A DNA stretch of 38,532 nucleotides from Verrucomicrobiota bacterium. Lineage in GTDB: Bacteria > Verrucomicrobiota > Kiritimatiellia > RFP12 > UBA1067. A program made the position numbers and the translations under genes. Positions within the stretch are counted from its first letter, which is position 1. Every line of letters starts with the position of its first letter. Where the stretch lies: NCBI GenBank assembly GCA_022704125.1, contig JAKJHA010000001.1, forward strand, positions 1-38,532. Reading direction: 5' to 3'. This document shows, in pieces, positions 1-7,376 of this stretch. The notes below the pieces were generated by a model. It was not told the DNA's origin. It was given only the letters and a program-made list of their open reading frames with translations, and made no database searches.

Positions 1-267
1 CGGCCCTTCCTCCGGGACGCTTTCCCGCGCAATCCGCGGTTCCAGGGGCGCGGCAAACACGAATCCCGAGCTTGCCAGCCCACAGACACCCGCTCCCCGC
101 CCCGCGCTACCCTCGCTCCAAGCTCACAGCGCAATCGGCTCTCATTACTGTCCCTGTCATTACTTCCGCACTGGTAAAAATACGCCCCCGCTTCTCCGTG
201 AAATTACAGGTAAAAGGTTACATCCTATAGCCATAACGTTCGCACCAATCCTCTCCTGATGCCAACA

Positions 268-648
268 TTATTTGCGGCGGACTAGGCGTCGGCCAATTAC
301 GAAAGGTATAAAACCTACCGCCACAATCGGTATTGCCCCCAAAAGACATGATTTTAATACAGCCATCTGCGACTCTCTGCTGATTTCACGAAAGGCCTGA
401 GACATAACTGAGTCCATGAAAATGAAGCCACAAAATACCAGTGGAAGAACCAATCCAGACCATGCCATCCGGTTTATTGATCGGTCATTTAACGTCATTT
501 TATTGCAGATGGCCAACACATGAGGCGATTTTGTTCTTTTGAGAAACACACGCCCAAGCGAACTGATGAAGAGCGTTATCGTAATTACACTTTCGGCCCC
601 CCAAAACAGAATCATAACAATGGATCTCGGCTCATTGATTGATGTCAT
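268..648 (-). CDS. hypothetical small membrane protein (126 aa, start uncertain)
   Basis: ORF with ATG at 648. Hydrophobic helices (GLVLPLVFCGFIFM, LLGAIPIVAVGFIPFVIG) and a basic tail RRLVRRK. Lies in an AT-richer islet (~130-780). No family recognised by eye. Confidence 0.35.
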   Translation of the reverse strand: MTSINEPRSIVMILFWGAESVITITLFISSLGRVFLKRTKSPHVLAICNKMTLNDRSINRMAWSGLVLPLVFCGFIFMDSVMSQAFREISRESQMAVLKSCLLGAIPIVAVGFIPFVIGRRLVRRK

Positions 649-655
649 TTGTTAT

Positions 656-724
656 CTCCTTGCTATCCCCAGCAGTGTCACCTCCATCGGCAAGTGGGCC
701 TTCGACTCCTGCGCCTCCTTGGCA
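656..724 (+). pseudogene. isolated BspA-type leucine-rich-repeat unit (gene relic)
   Basis: The frame of ORF 539..925 reads LLAIPSSVTSIGKWAFDSCASLA, which fits the BspA/LRR_5 consensus IPxSVTSIGxxAFxxCxSL. Only one unit is present, with no credible start or continuation. It is wedged between two minus-strand genes. Confidence 0.3.
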
Positions 725-786
725 AGGTCGCCCCACGGCACTGTGGAAGAACGTCGAACGCTGAACGCCAAAACAGTGGCGAATGG

Positions 787-3654
787 CTATTGGACCGTGA
801 TCAACGTTCCTGTCCGGGTGTGCACCTTGAGGCATTTGCCGATGTCATCGATTTCTACGCGTGTCATGCTGTGGCCTCCGACAACATTCCAGGCAACACC
901 GTCATCCGTTAATGTGCCCGTATAGTTCAGCACGACGCCGAACGGCTTTGGAGTTGCCATGTCTGAGGTGATTTCCAACGTCACGACGCCCTCCGGCAGG
1001 GTGAGGTTTGCCACCTGCAAGGGCGTACCGCGCCCTTGGGAATCGTAACGCCAGCGGATGACACCGCCCGGTTGCAGCGCAAACTCGGAAATCGTCAGGG
1101 CGTCCGTTGCATTCGTAACGGCGATCACGCCGCCCTCTCCGATGCGTAACGCTCCGTTGACCGCACCGGCACCGCTGATAGTCTGGCCGTGAGAAAGCCC
1201 CAAGCCGGCCTCACCCGTATTGAGCGTCGCGCCGGACGCGATACGGATGTCGCGGCTCGCAAGGGTCGCACTCTGCTTCTCTTCCGGACTCAGGTAACCT
1301 ACGGTTTCGGCGCCGTAAGCCCGCGCCAGTTCAAGGCCAAGCTGCCGCCGCTGTTCGGCAGAGAGATTTTTGTTGTTGTAGAAACGGACTTCCGCGATGT
1401 CGCCGCGGAAGGGATAACCGCTTTCTTCGATGCCCATCATCATACGCGTTTGCGTCATTGATTTGACGCCGCTGAGATCGGACGCCTCATGCGCGTAGCC
1501 GTCGACTTCCACGACGATGTCGCCGCCGGTTGTCCAGGTAAACAGCATGATATGCGGCTCATTATCGTTCAGCAAACGCGGCGGCGCCCAGACGGCGGTG
1601 GTGTTCATGCCAGGATGATTCGTCACGACCCCTGCGCCGAGCCGCCCGGTGGCGGTATAGCTGATACGCCAGCGAGTATGGCCTTGGACGGCATACGCTT
1701 GTGACAGTAACACGGACGTACCGTAGGAGCCTGATGGGGATGCCTGCCCTTTGCCGAGGCTGTCGCTACGCATCACCAGCGCGATGGTTAAATTGGTGGC
1801 ACCTGTTACAGGAGTCGCGTTCAGCCCCGTCAATCCCAGCGCGTTGTCGAGTCCGTCAAAAGCGACCGCAGCACGGCCGCCAAGCGGCTGCGCGGCGATG
1901 CGCGGTGCTGTTGAGGCTGCGCGGATGGCCTTCGCGACAGAAAGCTTGAAGCAATGCGTGGTGTTGGTGGAAGGCCATTCGATTACTTCGGCTCCCGGTG
2001 CGGCGCCCAGACTGTCGGCGACCCAGATGGCCGTGGCCGACGGCAGCGCGACCGGCGTTGCGGGTGCGACCACCTTGGTGTCGAGCGTCAACGCGCCGGC
2101 CAGAATGTCCGTCCGACCGGTGTAGGTATTGGCGGCTTTCAGGTAGAGCGTGCCGCCGCCGGTCTTCGTGAAACCGCCCGAGCCGGTCAACGATTCCCCC
2201 ATGACGATGTCGTGCGGCTGGCCGGCGGAATCGGCGGCGCGCACGGTCAAACCGCCGTGCCGGTCGCTCAACCGGGTGCGCGCCCGGTTGGTAAAGGGAG
2301 CCAGTGCACCGAACGTTCCGCCGGACATGCGCACATCATACCAGGCAGAAGGAAGGATGTTTGGATCATCAGAGGTGTTCCACAGGGTGCAGGGACCGAA
2401 GCCTTGCGGCCCGATATTCATCGTGCCGCCCGTAAGTTCGACACACGCGTGACCATCCCGCACCACGTTGCCGACTGCAACGGCATAATACAGTTTACCG
2501 AAAGATATTTGAAAGGTGTTCAGTGTTCCGCCGGACATGCGCAACCAGCCCGATGCCCGATTGGTCGATATGCCGAAGTTGCCATCTTTTGAAACCGCGA
2601 TTTCAATGCCATCCTGCGATCCATTTTCGTTACGTAACACCGAGACCTCGCCGCCTTCGATCAGCATTCCGCCGGGATGGCTCTCCTGCGCTCCCAAACC
2701 AATGTTGATCCGCCAGGCGTCGAGCGAACCGCCGCTCACACGCACGACTGATCCCGTCTCAAAGCGTCCGGAGTTGTCGTTGTAACCGGCGTAGAGGCCG
2801 TTTTTGATCCACGTCGTGCCGACCTCCTGATGGTACAGACCTGTTCTCAGGTAGATCCAGTTGTTGGAAACGGTGCCCCCTGCATTGGTCAAACGTCCGT
2901 TGTCCAGTTCGATGCGTCCTGTCCACCGATCAGATGAAACCTTTCCGCAAATCAAGTCGCCGTTCCGCAACACGGTTTCGGCGAGCGGCTGCATGTTGTA
3001 CCAGCCGAATTTCAAGATGCCGTTCTGGTTTGTGAGCGGCGAGTGCAGGACTTCGGACCAGTCGGCGAGTCCGCGATGCCAGCAGAGCGTGCGCCACGTA
3101 TTGACGACTACATCGCCGTTGATGGAACCTTCATCACGCAAGAGGCAAGCCAAGTTGTCGACATTAAGCTTTGCAATCGTACACGGCCTTGAAAAAACGA
3201 GGCATTGATTGCGCGCGGTCAAGGTGTGATCGCCGGAAACCGGCGCATGCAGGTACGACGACTCTCCGAGCGTCCAGATTTGGTCGGCGTTCAGGTTGAT
3301 CGGAACGTAACTGTAGATGTGCCGACCCCCGGAAAATATCCCGTCGGCGCCCAGCGTCAGAGTTTCCGCTCCGGCATTGGTGATCGACAAAACATCGATG
3401 CAATTGGTGGTGCGTATGCCGCGCCACGCTGCATCGGCTCCCAGTACATGTTTCCAGCCGCCTGCGGATGCCGCGCCCGCGCCATCCCAGACGGCGATAT
3501 CTGAAGGCCCGGGAACCTGACCGCCCAGCCAACTGGAGCCCGATGAGAGAATGCCGTTCGTACCGAGATTTTCGATTTCGGTCGCCGACATCGTGACAGC
3601 GCTGCACGCGAGAATGCCTAGAATCAACACGATATGATGCACGTTAGATTTCAT
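787..3654 (-). CDS. large secreted protein with autotransporter-associated beta-strand (PATR) repeat and LamG/concanavalin-like domain
   Basis: 965-aa ORF trimmed to ATG 3654, with AAGGAG 7 nt upstream. Signal peptide MKSNVHHIVLILGILACSAVTMSA. PATR motif GGGTLYLKAANTYTGRTDILAGALTL. LamG-like block LFTWTTGGDIVVEVDGY...GDIAEVRFYNNKNLS. Confidence 0.8.
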   Translation of the reverse strand: MKSNVHHIVLILGILACSAVTMSATEIENLGTNGILSSGSSWLGGQVPGPSDIAVWDGAGAASAGGWKHVLGADAAWRGIRTTNCIDVLSITNAGAETLTLGADGIFSGGRHIYSYVPINLNADQIWTLGESSYLHAPVSGDHTLTARNQCLVFSRPCTIAKLNVDNLACLLRDEGSINGDVVVNTWRTLCWHRGLADWSEVLHSPLTNQNGILKFGWYNMQPLAETVLRNGDLICGKVSSDRWTGRIELDNGRLTNAGGTVSNNWIYLRTGLYHQEVGTTWIKNGLYAGYNDNSGRFETGSVVRVSGGSLDAWRINIGLGAQESHPGGMLIEGGEVSVLRNENGSQDGIEIAVSKDGNFGISTNRASGWLRMSGGTLNTFQISFGKLYYAVAVGNVVRDGHACVELTGGTMNIGPQGFGPCTLWNTSDDPNILPSAWYDVRMSGGTFGALAPFTNRARTRLSDRHGGLTVRAADSAGQPHDIVMGESLTGSGGFTKTGGGTLYLKAANTYTGRTDILAGALTLDTKVVAPATPVALPSATAIWVADSLGAAPGAEVIEWPSTNTTHCFKLSVAKAIRAASTAPRIAAQPLGGRAAVAFDGLDNALGLTGLNATPVTGATNLTIALVMRSDSLGKGQASPSGSYGTSVLLSQAYAVQGHTRWRISYTATGRLGAGVVTNHPGMNTTAVWAPPRLLNDNEPHIMLFTWTTGGDIVVEVDGYAHEASDLSGVKSMTQTRMMMGIEESGYPFRGDIAEVRFYNNKNLSAEQRRQLGLELARAYGAETVGYLSPEEKQSATLASRDIRIASGATLNTGEAGLGLSHGQTISGAGAVNGALRIGEGGVIAVTNATDALTISEFALQPGGVIRWRYDSQGRGTPLQVANLTLPEGVVTLEITSDMATPKPFGVVLNYTGTLTDDGVAWNVVGGHSMTRVEIDDIGKCLKVHTRTGTLITVQ

Positions 3655-3676
3655 CGTTTCACTCCTTATTCGAGGG

Positions 3677-3768
3677 CCTTGCAAACCCCTCGTTTAGAGG
3701 TGTGGCACGGGCATCTTGCCCGTGTTTCATGGGCGAGACGCCCATGCCACGAGGGTTTTTGCAAGAGC
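3677..3768. repeat. REP/BIME-like composite palindromic element, copy A
   Basis: Terminal inverted repeats CTTGCAAACCCCTCG / CGAGGGTTTTTGCAAG enclose two hairpins, CACGGGCA-TCT-TGCCCGTG (3705-3723) and CATGGGCG-AGA-CGCCCATG (3728-3746). Its reverse complement is near-identical to 23605-23730. Confidence 0.85.
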
Positions 3769-3770
3769 CA

Positions 3771-6404
3771 TCATTCGCTAATGACCACTTCGTACCAAAC
3801 CGTCTGGAAGTGCGGCCCGATGACGATTTTTGCGCCGCCGGGTGCCGCCTCTACCTTAACCTCAGTTTTGCGTTCGCCGCGCTCGTCGAGCGCGTAACAC
3901 GTCGTCCGCTTAGGATCGGCGGGCAGGGTCAATGTGGCGGGAATCCCTTCGACCTGCATTGGTGCGTGCCCGCGGTCGGTCAGCGTGATGTGCATCTTGT
4001 CGACCTGCTTCATCACGCGGCCTGTGTTGCCCGCGTCACCGGTCGCCGCCAGCAGGATGCTCGCGGAGCGGCCCGCACCGCCGAAACCGGTCGCGTGGCG
4101 CGAAACGAGCGAAACCGTCGCCCAGTTGAGCCGCGTCGCGCCGACCGTCAGCGATACGCCGTGTCCGAGATCAATCGTGCGTCCGTCCGGGAAGCCGGTG
4201 AACAGTTTGGTGTTCGGCGCGCGCAGGGCGAGATACGCCGCGCCGGGCCGCTCCCGGTCCCAGACGATCTCGCCGGTGTCGCTGACGTGTACCCGCTGCC
4301 CGTCCGGAATTTTGCGCGTCTCGCTGGATGCGCCGTCACCGAACGTCACGCCCACCCGATGGAGTGCCGCCAGACGCGCGTCGTGGCCGGCCGATCCAAC
4401 GCTGAAGGATGCCGAGCGCGTCGCTATGACCTTTTCGCGATAGGTCGTTTCGTCGGTCGCCGCGGCAACGGTCTGCACCGCCCCCTTTGCGTCGCCGCGC
4501 AGGAAGATCGCCGCGCAGGCGGGGAAGTGCGCCAGCGTATCGGTTCGCGCGATCAAGTCGAAAAAGCACCAGGGCATGGCTTGCGGTTCGAAGTCGTCGA
4601 CGTAGTGATTGTAGCTGTATTGGAAAATGCCGTCCCACCCTTGCAACCGTCCAAAGATGGCCAGCATCGGCTGCGCCTCGGCGCCGAACGGGTTGGGGTA
4701 GGGGTGGTTGTATTCGCTGATGGTGTAGGGTTTCTCCAGCACGCGCTGGCCTGCCATGCCCAAAATGTTGGCGAGTGAATGCACCATCGAATCACTGCCG
4801 ATTTCCCAAGGTTCTTTGGCGGTCAAAGAGATCCAGCCACCGGTGGGATGACGCCAGTAGGCGTGGATGTCGACGTAATCGAGCTTGGCCTGGATGTACG
4901 ACGGGCTGTAGTAGAGCTGCGTGCCGGAGATCGGCTGCCGGGCCTTTAGGTCGTCGTGTATAAAAGCTGCCATGCCGGTCCAATAGCGGGTTTCGGTCGC
5001 CAGCAGAAAGCGCAGGTAGTCGCGTTGCGCCTGTGGCGGCACCGCTTCGGCGGTGGTTGCAACGGCGGGGACGGATCGTTCATCGAATCCTTGGACCGGC
5101 TCGACCACCAGCTCGGCGCCGGCCCGCAGAGAGAGATCGTCCAGTTCATACTGACCGACTTTGAACCGCGTCAGTTGCAGGATCGCTCGCTCGGTGTCTT
5201 CGCTGGCTTCGAACACGCGCGTGACGGTTTTCCAGTCAGAACCGACGCTGACCAGTCCCTGAAGCCCCAGCGAGCGCCAGCCGTCCGCAGTCGACGCGAT
5301 CGCCACGCTGAGCTTCCACGGCCCTTCGCCTGCGGTGCGCCGGATACGGAAGGAGAGAGTGTAAAGCTGACCTTTTTTCAGCGCGATCTGTCCGCGGATC
5401 ACTTTGGCGAAGTATTCGCCTCCGTGGCGGGTCACGGCCACCTTCAGCACGCCGTTTTCAACGGATGCTTGGCCGGTACCGGCACCGGGCTGGAAGGACC
5501 AGCGTTTGTTGTCGAACACGAGCGGGGTATCGAAACGGCCTTCCTTGATTTGCTCGTCGCGCAGCGGTTCATTCTTCCATGTCCAGGCGGCCTGAAACGC
5601 ACCGGCGTTGGCGTAAGTTTCGTGTAACCAGTCGTTCCACTGGCGGCGCAGATCGGCGGCGTAAGGATCAGGCAGACGGTCAAGCGTGCCGCCCAGATAG
5701 GTCGAGAGCAGGGAGTCTTCATTGCTGATTTCAATCATCGCGACGCACGGTTCAGCGGTGTAGGCATTGCCGGTGTAGGGGTTGACGTGGGTCAGGAGTT
5801 TGCGGGCGTACTCTTTCTGCAATTCGATCATGCGCGGCTCAAACTGACCGATGCCTTTGTTGGCCCACGACAAGCCCTTGATGCCGGGGAGGCCGTCGCG
5901 CTCGTCCAGTGTGCGACCGACATGCAGGTTGATGTTCACGTAGATGCCGACGCGTTTGAATGCCGCGATCATGTAGTCCAGACGGTCGAGCTGCTTCGGA
6001 TCCAGTTCGCGCTGCGTATGCGTGTCGTCGGCCAGGATCCCCTGAGTGGGTCGCGGCATAAAATTCACGTACCAGGTGTCCATGAAGTGCAGGCGCACGC
6101 AGTTGATGCCGAAGCGGGCGAGCCGCGCGGCTAACTTGTCGGCGTCCGCGCGCGAAGGGAAGTTCGCGGGACCGGTCAGGTTTGTCCCATGAAAGCGGAT
6201 CGGTCCAGCATCGGTAACGAAATGACCACCCTGCGCCCTTACAAAACCGTGTCGGCCCGCAGGTGCGTCCAACAGGTGCGCCACGCTTGACGCATTGCCC
6301 GGTCCGTCATACGAGATCACAAAGGGGAAGAGCGGGGCAACCTCCTTTGCCTGTACCGCGAATGCGAGTCCGATGAGAGCCAACCACCTGTGAGCGACGT
6401 TCAT
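3771..6404 (-). CDS. secreted glycoside hydrolase, clan GH-A TIM barrel (GH5-like) with C-terminal beta-rich domains
   Basis: 909-aa ORF trimmed to ATG 6404, with AGGAGA upstream. Signal peptide MNVAHRWLALIGLAFAVQA. Cellulase-like blocks IRFHGTNL, FGINCVRLHFMD and the acid/base-type motif IEISNEDS. Confidence 0.75.
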   Translation of the reverse strand: MNVAHRWLALIGLAFAVQAKEVAPLFPFVISYDGPGNASSVAHLLDAPAGRHGFVRAQGGHFVTDAGPIRFHGTNLTGPANFPSRADADKLAARLARFGINCVRLHFMDTWYVNFMPRPTQGILADDTHTQRELDPKQLDRLDYMIAAFKRVGIYVNINLHVGRTLDERDGLPGIKGLSWANKGIGQFEPRMIELQKEYARKLLTHVNPYTGNAYTAEPCVAMIEISNEDSLLSTYLGGTLDRLPDPYAADLRRQWNDWLHETYANAGAFQAAWTWKNEPLRDEQIKEGRFDTPLVFDNKRWSFQPGAGTGQASVENGVLKVAVTRHGGEYFAKVIRGQIALKKGQLYTLSFRIRRTAGEGPWKLSVAIASTADGWRSLGLQGLVSVGSDWKTVTRVFEASEDTERAILQLTRFKVGQYELDDLSLRAGAELVVEPVQGFDERSVPAVATTAEAVPPQAQRDYLRFLLATETRYWTGMAAFIHDDLKARQPISGTQLYYSPSYIQAKLDYVDIHAYWRHPTGGWISLTAKEPWEIGSDSMVHSLANILGMAGQRVLEKPYTISEYNHPYPNPFGAEAQPMLAIFGRLQGWDGIFQYSYNHYVDDFEPQAMPWCFFDLIARTDTLAHFPACAAIFLRGDAKGAVQTVAAATDETTYREKVIATRSASFSVGSAGHDARLAALHRVGVTFGDGASSETRKIPDGQRVHVSDTGEIVWDRERPGAAYLALRAPNTKLFTGFPDGRTIDLGHGVSLTVGATRLNWATVSLVSRHATGFGGAGRSASILLAATGDAGNTGRVMKQVDKMHITLTDRGHAPMQVEGIPATLTLPADPKRTTCYALDERGERKTEVKVEAAPGGAKIVIGPHFQTVWYEVVISE

Positions 6405-6672
6405 GGTATCTCCTTTGTCATGGACACATGTGTCATACATATACTGTATACGCCCTTGAGAAAAAACACTAGCCCGGTTTGTGCAATAAATAACGTCCAC
6501 TCAGGCGGCGCGGCGCGCATTGTGCGCATTGTGCGCTTGACCATAAATAACCCGAGCGGCTAACATAGCCCCATCATGTGGGTCTGCCCGCCTTTGCGAG
6601 GTAAGTCCAGCGCTAAACGAAAGAAAAAAGGTCAGACAACAACGAGTTCAGGCACTGAGATTGAGGATAAAC

Positions 6673-6858
6673 ATGAAGCTTAAACAAATTACGCTGTTCA
6701 CAACGATTGGGATCGCCACGGCATTTGCGATATCTCTCATCAACTTCCCGTGGAAACATTTTGGGCAAAGCCCCAGAATGATTTGCTCGTTTATTGGGAT
6801 GACGTTGATGTACTCATCGTTGCTGTTTTTTTTCATTAGCCTATATCGCCGGAGCTGA
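6673..6858 (+). CDS. hypothetical 61-aa two-helix membrane protein
   Basis: ATG 6673 with GAGG upstream. Two hydrophobic helices (ITLFTTIGIATAFAISLINF, ICSFIGMTLMYSSLLFFFISLY). The stop TGA 6856-6858 lies 1 nt before the next ATG. AT-rich islet. A competing antisense ORF (6648..6836) cannot be excluded. Confidence 0.35.
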   Translation: MKLKQITLFTTIGIATAFAISLINFPWKHFGQSPRMICSFIGMTLMYSSLLFFFISLYRRS

Positions 6859-6859
6859 T

Positions 6860-7246
6860 ATGTCTGAAGCAGAAGAATTCCTCGGTCTCACCGATAGAAA
6901 AACCCCGACGCGACCGAGCGATGTTCGAGCCAGACGAAAACTAGTCATGGTTATATCGGCTTGGATTGCCGGCTTACTGATTGCATGTCCTGACCCACGC
7001 GCGATCGCTGGAATCCTATTCTTCCCGTTAGGACTATACGGGGTTTTAACCGCATTGACCAAACTTCAGGGGGCAGAGAGCACAGTATTGGTGCTCGGAT
7101 GGATCTTCTATCTTGCCTTGACGATCACCACCTTGGTGATGAGAAGAAGAAAATGGTTTTACACATGCTGGATCATTCTGACGGCTCTACTACTTCTGAA
7201 CGGTGCTGGATGCCGTGCAATATTGAAAGACTTAGACAGAATATAA
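6860..7246 (+). CDS. hypothetical 128-aa four-helix membrane protein
   Basis: ATG 6860 with GGAG 5 nt upstream, tightly coupled to the preceding small ORF. About four predicted TM helices. No family recognised. Confidence 0.45.
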   Translation: MSEAEEFLGLTDRKTPTRPSDVRARRKLVMVISAWIAGLLIACPDPRAIAGILFFPLGLYGVLTALTKLQGAESTVLVLGWIFYLALTITTLVMRRRKWFYTCWIILTALLLLNGAGCRAILKDLDRI

Positions 7247-7273
7247 CACGATAGAATTTGCCCCCTCGCCGCC

Positions 7274-7303
7274 TTGACACACGCAGACAGTGCGGGATAT
7301 TCT
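7274..7303 (+). promoter_or_regulatory. putative sigma70-type promoter for the DUF4139-like gene/glpK
   Basis: TTGACA (7274-7279), 18-nt spacer, TATTCT (7298-7303), about 70 nt upstream of ATG 7377, which carries a strong AAGGAGG site. Confidence 0.3.
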
Positions 7304-7376
7304 GTAACTGTATTCTGAAATTGCAATCTGTAGCCGCAAATGTGAAGTGTGAGTGTAAAAAAGGAGGAACGAAGAC

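Noticed and set aside
1-267. Possible partial gene at the left edge
   Set aside because: Plus-frame translations are Pro/Arg/Ser-rich low-complexity with early stops, and minus-strand ATGs hit stops within ~12 codons. I cannot support any CDS or RNA here, and the region remains unexplained.
539-925. 128-aa plus-strand ORF as a real gene
   Set aside because: Only residues ~40-62 look protein-like (the LRR unit). The 3' half is antisense to the C-terminus of the PATR/LamG gene and the 5' half is antisense to the 126-aa membrane ORF. It is kept only as a possible pseudogene fragment.
6515-6536. GCGCATTGT x2 tandem repeat as a regulatory site
   Set aside because: There are only two units plus a partial one, with no symmetry and no second occurrence in the window. 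That is too little to call, so it is noted only as a minor repeat.
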